From: Octopus sinensis
Taxonomy: Eukaryota
Assembly: GCF_006345805.1 (NCBI RefSeq)
Contig: NC_043007.1
Coordinates: 50,158,001 to 50,222,000, forward strand
Length of the DNA stretch: 64,000 nucleotides
Direction of reading: 5' to 3'
Within the stretch, counting starts at the first letter, position 1; each line of letters starts with the position of its first letter. Under the pieces are notes generated by a model, which did not search any database, was not told the DNA's origin, and saw only the letters and a program-made list of their open reading frames with translations. Shown one piece after another: positions 12,191 through 26,339 of this stretch. A program made the position numbers and the translations under genes.

Positions 12191-13270
12191 TACAGCAAGA
12201 ACAAGGGCAACAGCAACTACACCAACAACAATAAAAAAGACAACAAGAGCAAAACAACTAGCTGAAATAGCAACAAATTAGTGTGGCATATTTTCAGGCT
12301 GGGTGGGACCTATAGCAGGGTGTAGGAGGAAATATAATTGATATGAGTAAAACTAAATTGTATTACGATGCAGAAAAACAATGTCGAGACACAGAAGTGT
12401 ATTAAATGATAAATGGTCGAAAAATGTTCATATAGTAGCAAGACAACACTGTAGGTAATAGAAAATGAAATGTCTTTGGGTTGGGCGCGAAAAATAATAA
12501 AGAAATACAAACCAAACAAACAAAAAAACATTTGGTTCATAATTCCCAAACTTTTAGGTTTGGAAGGCGAAATGACAAAGGGTTATATGAAAAAACGCGT
12601 AAAATATTTACCAATTAGTAAATGATAGCAGCATGTTTCACCCCTTACCAAACAATAAATAACATACAAGATCTGTGTTCTCTTCCTATGGTAAAGCTAT
12701 CACAATATTCACAGTGAACTGTTCCTTGAGATTTTGTCACGCTTCAGTAGATCTAACTGCTTCATCGTATCATTCGCCATCGTGATATCGCTATTTCGGA
12801 AATGGTAACCACGTTGGTGGCATCTTACAATGAACTAACTTGCTAAGCTCTTTTTACCGTTTTAGAAATGGATTTATAACTGGCTGGCGTGTGTGAGTGT
12901 GTGTGTTTGTGTGTATGTGTAGCGTGTGTGTGTGTGAGAGAGGGAGAGTGTGTTTATGTGTGTGTAAGAGAGAGAGAGAGAGACAGACAGAGACAGACAG
13001 ACAGACAGACAGAATGTGGGTATTGCTATGTGTTTGTGCGTGTACATATTTTCTCATCAAAATTAGATCCACGGTGATTTAGGTAATATATACTACCTAG
13101 CAATAATTAGTGCCATACATATCTACTAGATATCAGCTTCACACCTTTCTCAAATAGAATGTTTGTTGTTGTTTAACCCCAGTCATTTCTGCTCGACCAG
13201 CTCTAGGAACAAAAGCATTACAACCATGATAATATGGCCTTGATAGTGATATCTACGATATTAACGTATA

Positions 13271-13800
13271 TTCTTTTACTCGTTTCAGCTATTTCATTGT
13301 GGCCATGCTGGAGCACCTCCTTAAAAGTTTTAGTCGATGAACTCGACCCCAGAACTTATTCTATCGGTGTCTTAAGCCGAACCGCAAACATAAACACACC
13401 AGCATCGGTTGTCAGGGAATGGTGGGGGACAAACACAGAACACATACACAAACATGGATACAAACATAGACACAGACAGACAGACAGACAAACACACACA
13501 CACATACACACATACGATGGGCTTCTTTCAGCTTCCGTCAACCAAATTCACTCACAAGGCTTTGGTTGGCCCAAGTTATTATGCAGTGGGACTGAACCCA
13601 GAACCATGTGGCTGGGAAGCAAGCTTCTTACCACACAGCCACGCCTGCGCCTATTCTTACCACACAGCCACACCTGTGCCTATGGTTGGCCTGAGACTTT
13701 AGTAGAATACACTTGCCCAACGTGCCACGCAGTGGGACTGAACACGGAACCATGTGGTTGGGAAGCAAGCTTCTTACCCCACAGTCATGCTTGCGACTAT
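13271..13800 (-). mobile_element. SINE family A with duplicated head
   Basis: Reverse match to 58339-58740; the head GTGGGACTGAAC..GAACCATGTGG..GGGAAGCAAGCTTCTTAC occurs twice. Confidence 0.85.
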
Positions 13801-14298
13801 GTACATTTTATCGTATTTGAGACAGTAGCGTTTAACTTGAGAAAGTTTTGGCTAGCAAGCGAGCCACGACCAAGAGGTCCCTTCGATGCTTCATCCCCAC
13901 TAGTATTATGTATGGAGATAAAGTGAAACCGATACAACTGGGACTGAAAATACAGACGTGGTAGAGATTCATCGCTGGCATAAATCAAACCAAGAATGGT
14001 GCATCTGTCCCGTTGTTCGCTTTTCTAGAAATGGAAACCAAATCTCCTTGAATCTGCAGTCAGAAAAAAAATTGGGACACAGTAGATAGCCTAGTATAGA
14101 GTAATGCAGTCAAAATGGTTGCCGTATGAGATTCTTTTATCATGTCTGCTTGGTCAGAGCTGAACTAGGAGCTTAACGTCATTCTCATCATCATCATCAT
14201 CATCAACAACAATAACAACAACAGCAACAACAGCAACATCAGCAAAAATAAATACCAGTTGTATACCGGTAAGAAAACGAAACAAAATAAAGAGCGTC

Positions 14299-15130
14299 AT
14301 GCTTTGGATGAATCGACAGAGGACTGGATTATATGTCTGGCTCTGTATAGTTCCATTAGTTTTGGTTTTCGGTTCAAGCCCTACTAGAGTCAACATTGCC
14401 GTCCATGACATCCAGCTGATAGCGAAAACTGCAGTATATCTTGCAGTCGACTTGATTAACTGCCCCCTTCCTCTGTATGATAAATCTGATATTGACAGAT
14501 TGATGATATTATGTCGCACTGAATAGCTAACATAATACATAGATGCATTCCTGTAAGCCTTCAGTACATGTTTTACCGAGATCGTGTTTGGTCTTTTATC
14601 TTTCTGTAGTCGACAACCTGTTAACTGGTGTCAATTGAACCAACTATATTTCTCCGACTTGAATAAAATGTAGAAAAGAGGTTAGCATTCTTCGAAATTC
14701 ACAAGCTTTAAAATTAGAATTACATTTTTCGCAATACTCTAACTTATTGCAGTGTTTTCAAGTTCCAGATATATTGAGGAAGTGACGTTGAGTGGACGTT
14801 TCATGATTGTAATAAAATTTAAAGATTCCCCCGTACACGCAGTATATACAGCACATGCATTTCTTCGGAACTCATCACTTCTATTCCAGCATCTTCTTGA
14901 TTCAAAGAATCCATTATTATCTTCTTCCGTAGCTTTTCGTAGAAAAATGAATGCAGTGATTCAACAAGTTTCACAATATACACGAGAACACAGAACTATC
15001 ATTTCACATGATATGGTATGTCTAATGACAATAACTTGTGGATATGGAATATTCACTTCCGGTACATACAAAATTTTCATTTATTTTCTTCTCATCTATA
15101 AAACCTGCAATATATATTATACATATGTAT
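14299..15130 (+). pseudogene. Coding-like island; best guess a degenerate rhodopsin-class GPCR-like frame, alternatively spliced host exon(s)
   Basis: ORFs 14299-14526 and 14752-15315 share one frame with several stops between them. Hydrophobic blocks are spaced like TM1 (LCIVPLVLVFG..NIAV), TM2 (KTAVYLAVDL), TM4 (ITFFAIL*LIAVFSSSRYIE) and TM5-6. 14753-15015 also has AG/GT ends and is fully open. Confidence 0.3.
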
Positions 15131-15228
15131 TAACGTACGTATATGAATATGAGTATATGTATATGTGTGTAGATGTCTGCATGTGCATTTATATAATATT
15201 TTTCATCTATCTAGCTATACTTATATTG

Positions 15229-15263
<35 letters not shown>

Positions 15264-15700
15264 GCATACATACACATATATATATATACATATATATACA
15301 CACACGCATATATAAATATATATATATATACATACCCAGAGGCATATACATACATGTGTGTAGAGACACAATACAAGCTTTAACATGCAGTGTGTGGAAG
15401 ACTTCTTTTATTGTTATATTGGCAATTATTATCCATTAGGATAGTGAGGAACACATCTCACAGCATGCTCATTAAAGGCAATCACTATAGATGTCTCATC
15501 TGGGGACTGCTATTCAATATGTTCTTTGGGACTTGAATTTAATGGTCCGTGTCATGTATATCATGTATTACACCATTACATTTCACATAAACTGATACAC
15601 ATACACATATAGCAATTCGTACGCCTATTTGTAATATTTTATATTTATTACCCTTGTGGCAATTAATGAAATCATCAGCAGCAGCATCATCATCGTCGTC

Positions 15701-15742
<42 letters not shown>

Positions 15743-15931
15743 GGCGGCGAGCTGGTAGACTCGTTAGCACACTGGGCAAAATGCTTAGCAGCATTTCGTC
15801 CCTCCTCACGTTCTGAGTTCAAATTCCACTGAAGTCTTCTTTGCCTTTCATCCTTTCGGGCTCGATAAATTAAGTATAATCGACTAGTCCTCTCCCCACA
15901 ACTTTCAGGCCTTGTGCCTTCAGTAGAAACG

Positions 15932-15933
<2 letters not shown>
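15743..15933 (+). mobile_element. SINE family B
   Basis: GGCGGCGAGCTGG.AGA.TCGTTAGCAC head, TTCTGAGTTCAAATTCC B-box and GCCTTTCATCCTTTCGGG core; inserted in (TTA)n. Confidence 0.88.
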
Positions 15934-15999
<66 letters not shown>

Positions 16000-16037
16000 C
16001 ATCATCATCATCATCCTTATCATCATCATCATCCTTA

Positions 16038-16068
<31 letters not shown>

Positions 16069-16091
16069 GATCATCATCATCATCATCATCA

Positions 16092-16161
<70 letters not shown>

Positions 16162-16167
16162 TGGCTA

Positions 16168-16380
16168 AGGTAGTGAACTGGCAGAATCGTCAGTACGCGG
16201 TGCAAAATGCTAAGCGGTATTTCGTCCTTATTTATATTCTGAGTTCTGATACCGCCGAGGCTAACTTTGCCTTTCTTCCTTCCGGGTCGATAATATATGT
16301 ACCAGTCGAGCACTGGGGTCTATGTAATCGACTTGTTCACTTCCCTCGAAATTGCTGGCTTTGTTCTAAAATTTGAAACC
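16168..16380 (+). mobile_element. SINE family B
   Basis: Same head and core as 15743-15933. Confidence 0.82.
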
Positions 16381-16717
16381 ATTATCACTATTGCTATTGT
16401 TATCCGATTACTAATATTTTCATGGTAGGATGAAGCTTGAAGAAGTATCGTTAATTTGTATGCTGACCTACGTATTGAGAATATCAATTGACAAGGTTTT
16501 TATCTTTGATATAATATCGAAATATCGAAGCAGTATCAATTACAAATTGAAATCAAGTCAAACAGTTAGAGAGAACATAAACCACCAATGTATTAACTCA
16601 GATGACTACACTTATATGCATACATAAACGCACACACATACATACCTATAAACAAGTACGTATAAGCACACACAGCCATACATACTCACACGCATAGAGA
16701 GAAACACTCACACAAAA

Positions 16718-16760
<43 letters not shown>

Positions 16761-16839
16761 AAAAACGCACAATCATACAACATACATATATTTTTGTATG
16801 TATGTATGCATCTGTATGTACAGGATTCTCCATAATTCA

Positions 16840-17720
16840 AAATGGTTCTTGTAAAGCCTCTTCAAATAATTTTCAACTGATTTCTTGAATGTGGTAAACT
16901 CAACAGAAAGTTTGAGGACGGCATAATATATTAGGTGGGAGTAAGTGGAGCAGGTTCTAATACCTCCAGACAGACGTATCTCATGGATTTCTGTCATCAC
17001 CAAAAGCATGGTATTATCAGAGGATAATTCATTTCCATCTAAGACGATAACAGGCATGTTAAGGGATACTCAACACATATCCAGGTAAAATTTGTCTCAT
17101 ACAGATCCCATAAAATTATAAATGCGTATCGAAACGATTGCCCTGCCAGTGCAATGTAAATGTATTCTCCCTGGACTTTGTGAAGTTGTTTGGTAACGTT
17201 GATCAAATGTAATGTCATGTGACACATTTTGTCATCTCTGTATGAGAGACAAATGTGAAATTGTTATAGTCAATGTGCTCTGTTAAAGCTTGTAAGGATT
17301 ATGCATCACAGCAGTAAGAAAGACTGAAGGTAGTCAAAAGATAGTCAAAAGTCCCAACAATGCTAAACAACTCCAGAAAGATCCCTGAAATAATACAAGA
17401 TCTATCCAACAGGACTTGTTGAACAGATTCTGTATTGCTTCAGACAATATGTGATATTTACACTGATACTCGAGAAACGACAACCAAGAAAAGTAGAAAT
17501 CCTTGACCTATGCAGGTCCTCCAGGACTGGAGAGTTTGATGCTACTAATGTACTATTTAATCTGTTGCTCATGAGCAAGGAAGAAGAGTCTCGATGCTTA
17601 ATATCCTGGGGAGAAATACCTGGGAATCGTTTGTAACGAGAGACCAAGGACATTGGAAATACCAAGAGCTAAGACAAGTGGAAACACGAGAAGGTTGGTG
17701 GTGCCTTAGTGGTGGAGGTA
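16840..17720 (-). mobile_element. CR1/L2-like LINE RT 3' remnant
   Basis: Minus fragments RYAFIILWDLYE and VEFTTFKKSVENYLKRL resemble the CR1-group C-terminal motifs RYxIIYxWKIL and SVxxFKxxLDxxL; many stops. Confidence 0.4.
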
Positions 17721-19718
17721 CATGTTCAACCAGCTCCAAGGGCTAACAGCTTTATAGTAGTGATAATAGAAACAGATAAAGAGAGATAGAGATAGAGAAA
17801 GAAGAGGCCGGAGTGCGTCAGTTGATGATAGAATAGCAGTCAAGTGGCTCTTCTTTGGACGTAGTCCAATATGTCACTCTGTGTATAAGTAGCACTGTCC
17901 AAGTTGTGGAAGCAGTACAACATTGTGGGTCTTACTTGAGTCTTGTAGAGCGTTAGCAGCTGAAATATTTTCTGGCACTGAAAAAACAGTCAGTCTCTGG
18001 GATACGTTCGTATCTGTGTTACAGATGCACTTTCTGTGATAGGGAAACCCAGCATTTGTCTCAAAATCTCTGTTCATTGAATCAGCGCGGATTTTCTATG
18101 TGGCGTCTATGCTGCGTATGGAGGGTGCATGTTTGGGAAAGAATGACGGCTCATGTCTTCTACATAAAAACATTCTCTTGCATGTGACGGTAAGTGGTTC
18201 CCTAATGTATAGAAGAAAGAGAATGAAGGCCAAAACCGAACCCCCGAGAACGCTAGAGCTCCGTCAACACATGCTGCTATTTTGTGACCAGATAAGCTAC
18301 CGATGCAAGAGGTGAGATGTAGATGGAGGTGATAGCGGAATTGCACGGGGGGTGCGGTCGAAGGTTTTACTGATGTCTAGAGCAGCAATATATTAAAGAC
18401 AGAAGATAACGTAACCATGATTACAATATACCAATAAAGACACTGTCACAACTTGAAGACCGGTTTGGTGATGTATGTTTGACATACAAACGTAAGTGTA
18501 ATATTTTTATCTGGAACCACAAATTAGTGACCCCTGTCTTTCAGATGGGCTGACTATTTCCGTACTTTAGATCTAACAACATCTACCACTCATTACACAC
18601 TTTATCAGTGCAGACAATCTACGAATTGGCTGTTAAGCAATTGTTTCTCTTGTTGTGGTTCGTTTAATGTTTCTTGTATTCTTTGTGAAACATTTCAAAA
18701 GGTATCAGCAATTGAAGGGAATATAATATAATGATTGTCCCAATGACTTTCCGAGACATGGAATTGAACTCATTATATCTCGTACCATACTTGTTAGTAC
18801 GTTAGTTTTTATTACAAAAGTATTGCTCGTCATCGAAGAGCATCATTTTGTCGTTATGGTATCTATTCATATTTAGTTGGACTGAGGTAAATTACATGAC
18901 ATCAAACAATGCTCTTTGTTGTGACCAGATAAAGGGCAACGAAACTTTGAGAACCTGAGCAGTTACAATTTCTGAACTCGAATATTCGCGTCCGACACAC
19001 ATCATATGAAAACCATAATACTTATATTAATAACAGAGCACATACATTGCACACACACACAAGAGGTCATTTGATGTTTAAGATTTCTCCATCGCCGTTT
19101 AAAACTTTTATCAGGTTTCAAATGATTAATAGATATGACACAACGTTTTACCCATAAATTTATGAAGGAGGGGCCTATGGAATATAAAAAGAGCAATGAA
19201 CTTCTGTGGAGTTAATTTAACACACAAACTTTTTTTCCCAAAGGAAATACATTTTAATGAAGAAATTTCAATTTAAATTTTCATCATATTTTTTCTTCAT
19301 TTTTAGTAAAAAAAAAAAAAGAATGATAGTTACTTCTATCTGTAAACTGATATCATACAAGGGAAGGAGAAAATCTCCCAATTTAAAACTTCAAAAACGT
19401 GCATATTTATAGCCTGATGTGAAGTCGCTGCTGATGACCGAATTAAGAAGAAATATTGAGCGGGCAACGATGTTAATGGTTCCTTTCTACAAGCTAACTT
19501 CATATCTGGTACATAGCATATTTAACACTCAGCAATGAGATTTACTGCAATGGGATCAACAATATTTGACTGATAGAATTTTTTTGAGTAAACGATGGAG
19601 ACTTAACATAACTACTCAACCTGCTACAAGCAGCAGATGAACCTCACCTCAAATCTCATCCTACTGGCATTAAACCTATGTACATTCAACCCAAGACAAT
19701 GCATATATATATATAAGT

Positions 19719-19926
19719 TTTTACTTTTTACATTCATTTGACTGCAGCCATGCTAAAGCACCGTCTTGAAGGATTTTAGTCGATCAAATCGACCCCAAGA
19801 CTCTTTTTAAGCTTAGTACTTTTTCTATTGATCACTTTTGCCGAACCACTAAATTTCAGAGGCGTAAACACACCAACATCGATTGTTAAGCGGTGGTGGA
19901 GACAAATACAGACACAAAGACACATA

Positions 19927-19961
<35 letters not shown>

Positions 19962-20126
19962 GACGGGCTTCTTTCAGTTTTCCTCTAGCAAATCCACTTA
20001 CAAGGCTTTGGTTGGCACAAGGTCATAGTAAAAGACACTTGCCCAAGGTGCTCCACAGTGAGACTGAACCTGGAACCATGTGGTGGTGGAGCAAGCTTCT
20101 TAGCACCACAAACCCACGCCTGCTCC
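19719..20126 (-). mobile_element. SINE family A, near full length
   Basis: Reverse match to 58339-58740 including the internal (AT)n. Confidence 0.88.
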
Positions 20127-21622
20127 TATCTATATCAATAAAATATATGATGCTCACGAGTGGAAATCATCATACCAAAGCAGACGCGAGGTAAACAACA
20201 ACACTAACAGCACTAACAGCATCAGCAACACTACAACACCAACAATAAAATAAGAAGAAATTTATGGAAACCACACAAATAAAAATAGGATATTTTTAGG
20301 AAGAAAGTTGGTGTGCATATAACACTTCGAAGGGCCTCCGTGACTGGTAGTAAGAAATGAGGAGGGAGATGTCCTCCTCAAACCAGAGGCCAGGTCTGAA
20401 TGCTTGCAACAGATTAGACTCTGTTAAAGGAAACAAATAACCAGCCTAATGGGTTAAATCTAATATTCTAGAAAGTCAATGTGGATCCAAACCACATTTT
20501 CCAATGTAACACCTGCTCTTTCACGGTTGTAGACTCTAACTTGAGGGTGACTCAGACTTCTGGTATATCAACTGACCACAAACAGGATTCTGTTCGGCTC
20601 GTATTGCTGTTGTCGTCACTGTTGCTTTTTTCGTCCATCTAATTGTTGTTGTTGATGTTGTTATTATTGTTGTTGTCGTTATTATTATTGCAACGGCGTA
20701 AACACATGAGATATTATTATTTAATTGGACAGCAAATACCATACAAGAATTAATTCAAAGTGAAACTGACTGTGATCTTTTATCTGTTATCTTGTAGTTT
20801 GTGTTTTACAACGCAAAGGACACAGAGTGGCCATAATTAGCATTTCACTTAAATGCTTCTCAAATTTCTTTAAGGTGGCATCCTACCTAAAATATAACAT
20901 TTCGGAATTCTCGCTGGAAAGGTTTCATCTGCAATCATTTGATAGCTATCAAGCTCAACCATACCATGCTATCACATTACAGACTTTGCCTATCGTATGT
21001 CTTACTGACCGATCAAGTGGTTAGGAGTTCGCTAATGACGTCATTCAATCAATTCAGAAATATGTTAGTGAGTATGTGTGTGACCGCGCGTGTGTATGTG
21101 TATGCGTACGTGTGTGAGTTTGCGTGCATTTGTCAGTGAGTATATGTGTACGTTTGTGGACATGACGCTCATGCTTGCATGGGCATGATTCTCTATTTAT
21201 GCGTTTTATGCAACGTGTGTATATATGTATGCTTATAATTGTGCGTGCATGTGGAGGTGTCACTATGTGCATGGATCCTGTGAGCGTATCATTACATTTG
21301 TGTTCGCGTATGTGTATGTGTAAGTGAACACATGTGTGTGATTGCGTGTATAATATGTTATGGTGCCATATGGATTTATACGAAGTATCCGTGGGGGTAT
21401 GTAAGGATGTTGCATTCATTAAATGTCTCCTGTCATCCAATATGTTAGAAGGGAGCATAAAATTACATTTTACAACAAATAAAACAACTGTGACATCAAC
21501 AAAGACAAAAACACATTATCAAAAAATACTGACTAGAAGCACTACTACAACTGCTGATACTACCATTACTACTATTACTACTGGTAATAGCCATAATAAT
21601 AATGATAATAATAATGAGGTTG

Positions 21623-21729
<107 letters not shown>

Positions 21730-21739
21730 CATTATTATT

Positions 21740-21783
<44 letters not shown>

Positions 21784-21784
21784 T

Positions 21785-23090
21785 ATTATGGAAGACCCGG
21801 ATGATGGTGGGTACAAGTACCTTGGTATCCTGGAGCTGGACAATATCTTTCACAAAGAAATGAAAGACGATGTCATCACTGCTTTTTCAAGTGCCTCAAA
21901 TTTCTCTTGAAATCAAAGATGAACTCAAGGAACCTTGTGATTGCCATCAGCATATGGGCGGTTGAAATGGACACAAGCGGAGATTGACTAACTCGATCGC
22001 ACTACCCGAAAGACAATGACAATGCATGGTGCCCTCCATGAAGAGAGGTAAGGGTGGATGTGGGCTGATTAGCGTACGGGAGTGCATCAGCAATGAAAGA
22101 AGAAGCATAGCAGAATATTTGGTAAACAGCAAAGAAGACCTGATACAGTATGCTACTAGTGCAGAATGAGTTAACAAAGATGGACTTGAGTGTTCATAAA
22201 TTCCGAAAAATAACAGCCAACAAGAGAGAAGAAACCCTACTCCGTATGGTGTTAATTAGACAGTTCCACCGTGAAACCAACAAATTAAAAGACCAGCAAG
22301 CATCATGGAAGTGGCTCAACAAGGGTAACCTAAAAAAGAATGCTGAAAGCCTAATCATTGTGGCCCAGGCGCTAAATACCAAATCAGTGAAAAAGAATAT
22401 ATAACAAACAAGTGCATCGGATCTCTGCAGAATGTGAGGAAGAGGGTCGAAATTGTAACTAATATTGTTAGTGTTTGTGAAAGTCTTGCGCAGAAAGAAT
22501 ACAAGCGTAGACACGACAAAGTAGCCCAAAACCTCCACTGGCTACTATTCCGTAAGTATGGATATGAGGTTACAGGTGCTTGGTCCCAACATACATCGGA
22601 AAATGCGAAGGTAAAAGTCCTCTGGGACTTTAATTTCCAGATAGACAAAGTGTCAGAGCACCGAAGGCCGGATATAGTAACTTTTAGGAGAGACAAACAA
22701 GAATGACCAATAATCGACATAGCAGTGCCAGGATATCAACATATTATCATGAAAGAAAGATAAAAAGTTGATAAATATGGAGATAAAAAGTTGATAAATT
22801 GAGATCGTTAAGATGTGGCAGCTACGAGAGTCGAACATAAAAGTTAACCCTATTGTCATCATAATATTGGGTTCAATACCACCCAATCTGAAAAAAAAAT
22901 CCACCTAAAAACATAAAAATTACCCTACAATCTAGATGTATTGCAAACGTTGGCATTACTTGGAACTGCGCACATATTGGGTAAAGTACTGTATGTCGAA
23001 GGTCTTTGTGACTTGACAGACAGTGGAAGCCCCTGGTAGACACAATATCTTCGATCAACAATCTCACGATATTTTATACTCTGCGACGTC
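21785..23090 (+). mobile_element. R4/Dong-like LINE, 5'-truncated (second subfamily)
   Basis: YKYLGILE, KWTQAE, AESLIIVAQALNT, EYKRRHDKVAQNLHW, RRPDIV, IDIAVPG and LLGTAHILGKVL motifs with frameshifts; flanked by (CAT/TAT)n and (TAA/TGA)n. Confidence 0.88.
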
Positions 23091-23094
23091 TATG

Positions 23095-23129
23095 ATAATG
23101 ATGATGATAATAATGATAATAAAAATAAA

Positions 23130-23174
<45 letters not shown>

Positions 23175-23285
23175 CATAATAATAATAATAATAATATAAT
23201 GATGATGATGATGATGATGATGATAATAATAATGATGATGATGATGATGATAATAATAATAATGATGATGATGATGGTGATGATG

Positions 23286-23345
<60 letters not shown>
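23095..23345. repeat. Compound (TAA)n/(TGA)n microsatellite forming the LINE tail or target
   Basis: Directly visible. Confidence 0.95.
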
Positions 23346-23346
<1 letters not shown>

Positions 23347-24126
23347 AGTGGGGTATCTAATCTCTGAGATTGAAGCAGTAGACTAGCTAATCTCTAGGTG
23401 TAATTTTTTAGCACCGGCCGAGTTAGCCAATATCTACACTGGATAAATTGTCGGCATTATAAAATCAAAACTTCTGACAGATGGTACAAGCACCGCTCTG
23501 AAGCTGTAAATGAGGGAGAAAATACGGCGATTCTTTGGGATTTCTCAGTAGATACAGACCTCACCATTGTTTAACACAGTACGGCCATAAGAAATATTTC
23601 GACCCGAACATTGCAGTTAATTTGGATATCCATGATTTATTTTGGCATTTAGTATGGTACACAGATTGCAAATTTATTCTAATACTGCTTTTGTTGCATA
23701 TGAAGAAAAGCAATAATAGCAACAGCAGCAGCAACAATTACAAGAGCAAAGACTACAACAGCAAATACAACTGCAACAGCATTAACAATAATAGTAGTAA
23801 GAGCAAGAACAGCAAGAATAACGCAGCGACAAAATTTACATCTGCAACAATAACAAGAACAACAAGAGCAGCAACATCAGTAATAAGAATAAAGACAGCA
23901 TCAAAAACAACAGCAGTAACAATAGCAAAATCAACAACAACAGCAACACCAGCAGCAGCAGCAGCAGCAGCAAAACAGCATTAGCAGCAAACACTACAGT
24001 ATTCTGACAACAAAAGTCATTCTGAGATGTTTTTCTACACTGTAGTACATAAACACACTTGTGAAACAGTGTCAATACATACACCCAACAGAAAGACGCT
24101 CCTCCTCCTCCTCCTCCTCCTCCTCC

Positions 24127-24174
<48 letters not shown>

Positions 24175-24587
24175 AGACGAGCTGTAGCAAGTCAGAAATT
24201 CTAGACCGGATTCATGTTTTGTAAATACTACTAAGAAAACTGCGGTTGGTTTCTATAATGATTTTAAAACATTAAATATGGATAACACGAGAACAAGATC
24301 TGCCATTGAAGCTGCTTTCGAAAGCCCACACAAATGTCACAAACTTGTTTGGTGCCTAACAGCAGAAATTCTTACAACAACATCATTAAAAGCAACAATA
24401 TTAACTCTTATAACAATGATTTTTTTCTAGTTTAGAAACAATGCCAATAATTTTGAGGCAATTGGAGTAGTATATACGTACGGCCCTATAAGTGATTATA
24501 TCTTATCGAATTTTTGTCCTTCATCCTCACCCCGGGATCGATAAAAAGATCTATCAATTTAGTACTGATTTATTCATCTCGCATCTT

Positions 24588-24795
24588 TACTGGCCAGAAA
24601 ACATTCAGGTGCGTCAGGCAAAATTCTTAGGAGCATTTCTTCTGACGCTTTACGTACTGAGTTCAAAACCGCTTGAGGGAAGCTTTGCCTTTCATCTCAT
24701 CGGGGCTGATAAAAAAAGTACTTGTCAAGTTCTAGTGAATGGTGTTGACTATTATCCCCTATCAAAATTGAATTTTGTGCCTAAATTAGAAAGCG
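24588..24795 (+). mobile_element. SINE family B (degenerate)
   Basis: CTGAGTTCAAAACC...TTTGCCTTTCATC..CGGGGCTGATAAAA core. Confidence 0.75.
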
Positions 24796-24814
24796 GAAAA
24801 GAGAAAATAATAAT

Positions 24815-25019
24815 GGTTTCAAATTTTACCACAAGGGCAGCAATTTTGGGAGAGGGGATAAGTAGATTACAACGACCCCAACGTTCAACTGGCACTTACT
24901 TTACCGACCGCGAATGGATGAAAGGCACAGTCGGAATTTGAACTCAGAACGTAGCAACAAGCAATATATCGCTAAACATTTCCTCCAGCATGCTAAACGA
25001 TTCTGCCTGCTCACCACCC
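24815..25019 (-). mobile_element. SINE family B
   Basis: GATGAAAGGC...CGGAATTTGAACTCAGAACG, the reverse of the family B core and B-box. Confidence 0.82.
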
Positions 25020-25034
25020 TATTTATCTCAACTA

Positions 25035-25180
25035 TAGATACAAGGCCTGAAATTTTGGGGGAGAAGACAAGTCTATTATACCGAACCCAAAGTTTCACTG
25101 GTACTTGATTTATCGACCCCGAAAAGATCAATGGCAAAGTCGACCTGGGCGGAATTTGAACTCAGAACGAAATGCCACAT
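25035..25180 (-). mobile_element. SINE family B, 5'-truncated
   Basis: GGCAAAGTCGACC.GGGCGGAATTTGAACTCAGAACG. Confidence 0.8.
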
Positions 25181-25204
25181 TATAATAGCAATAATAATAA
25201 TAAT

Positions 25205-25730
25205 AATATAATAATAATAATAATGCAGTACTAAGCTGTGGCTCTCATGGCTTCTGATCTTAACTGATTGGAAGTGTTATCATATACGTTTTGTCTTGGT
25301 ATAAAGGATGGGCCACCGCAAGTATTCTGCTCAATACTACAGATTTACTTCATCTTAACCAGTTGAGTACGTCCCTTAGTCACTGACGATATGTACATCT
25401 CTGATCACGAGCAGGAGTAGTGGGGGAGCATCATAGCTATGTGTTGAGAGAAATTCTTTGGGGTTTGAATAATTCAACTTTTGACACATGAGTGTTTCGT
25501 TCTTCATCCTTAAACAAACCTTATTCAGGGGGCATTTGAGTGGGCTGGGCTATTCGACCCGCAAGGTCATGTGCTGTTTATTTTGATGTGAGATCACATA
25601 TGGTTGTGATGCATGTGTCTGGTGTACCCTTAACAGACGAGTATTCATGTTAAGTATATTGGGCTTCGTATATTTGTGCCCCAGTGTCACTTTGATGTCA
25701 TGCGCAGCTCTCTCAATCAACAACAATAAT
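25205..25730 (-). repeat. Dispersed repeat family E with (TAA)n tail (probable non-autonomous retroelement)
   Basis: Its end matches 36728-36825 in reverse (GAGAGCAG.GCATGCCATCAAAGTGACACTGGG...ACCAGGCACATGCAT.ACAACCATAT). Confidence 0.65.
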
Positions 25731-26339
25731 GATATTTTCTTTCTCAGCCACAAGAGCTCAATAAGATAGAAGAAATAGAAATACAAGTGAAACAGAGCAC
25801 TTAGAAGAATATGTGGGGGAACAAAGACATTACAAAAAGGTAAAATGAAAAGACTTTATACAATATATACATTGAACGAATTTAAGTTTTCTTCAGTACA
25901 GAAACGACATATCATAAATATTATAATGTATGATAAACACACGCAGTAATTAAAACAAGATGATTATGTAAAATAATTTAAATCTACTCACATGGATCAG
26001 AGTGATTATACTTCCCTCGTGTATTGACTTCTATAGGAGGTACCAGTAAATTCTTTCGTAAGGTATTGTCTTTTCATAGCGAGCTAGTGAGGGGGGGGCA
26101 CACCTTTTGGATTGCAGAAATATAATGCTTCATATATAATGCTGTTTAAAATGTGATACTATTTCATTCTCAATGAATGATTCGTTTTGATATTCCTTGA
26201 GTTTATTGCGAATAGTTATCCCCACTTAAACGGGGATGTTCGGTAAAAACAGACTATACTGCTGTAGGTACCACGAGAGAAACTCTCATCATGGATTTTG
26301 GTGCAAAATGCACTCTTGTCTATATCGCTAGCGGGAAAC

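Noticed and set aside
13234-13926. 230-aa ORF
   Set aside because: Almost all of it is the antisense of SINE-A plus (AC)n; the same peptide pieces recur at other SINE-A copies
14250-14330. SLC22/MFS-like motif LFILFRFLTGI on the minus strand
   Set aside because: A single short motif with no flanking transporter sequence; kept only as part of the ambiguous 14.3-15.1 kb island
20300-20540. RTE RT fragment (ILESQCG)
   Set aside because: Only one short motif; not enough to delimit an element
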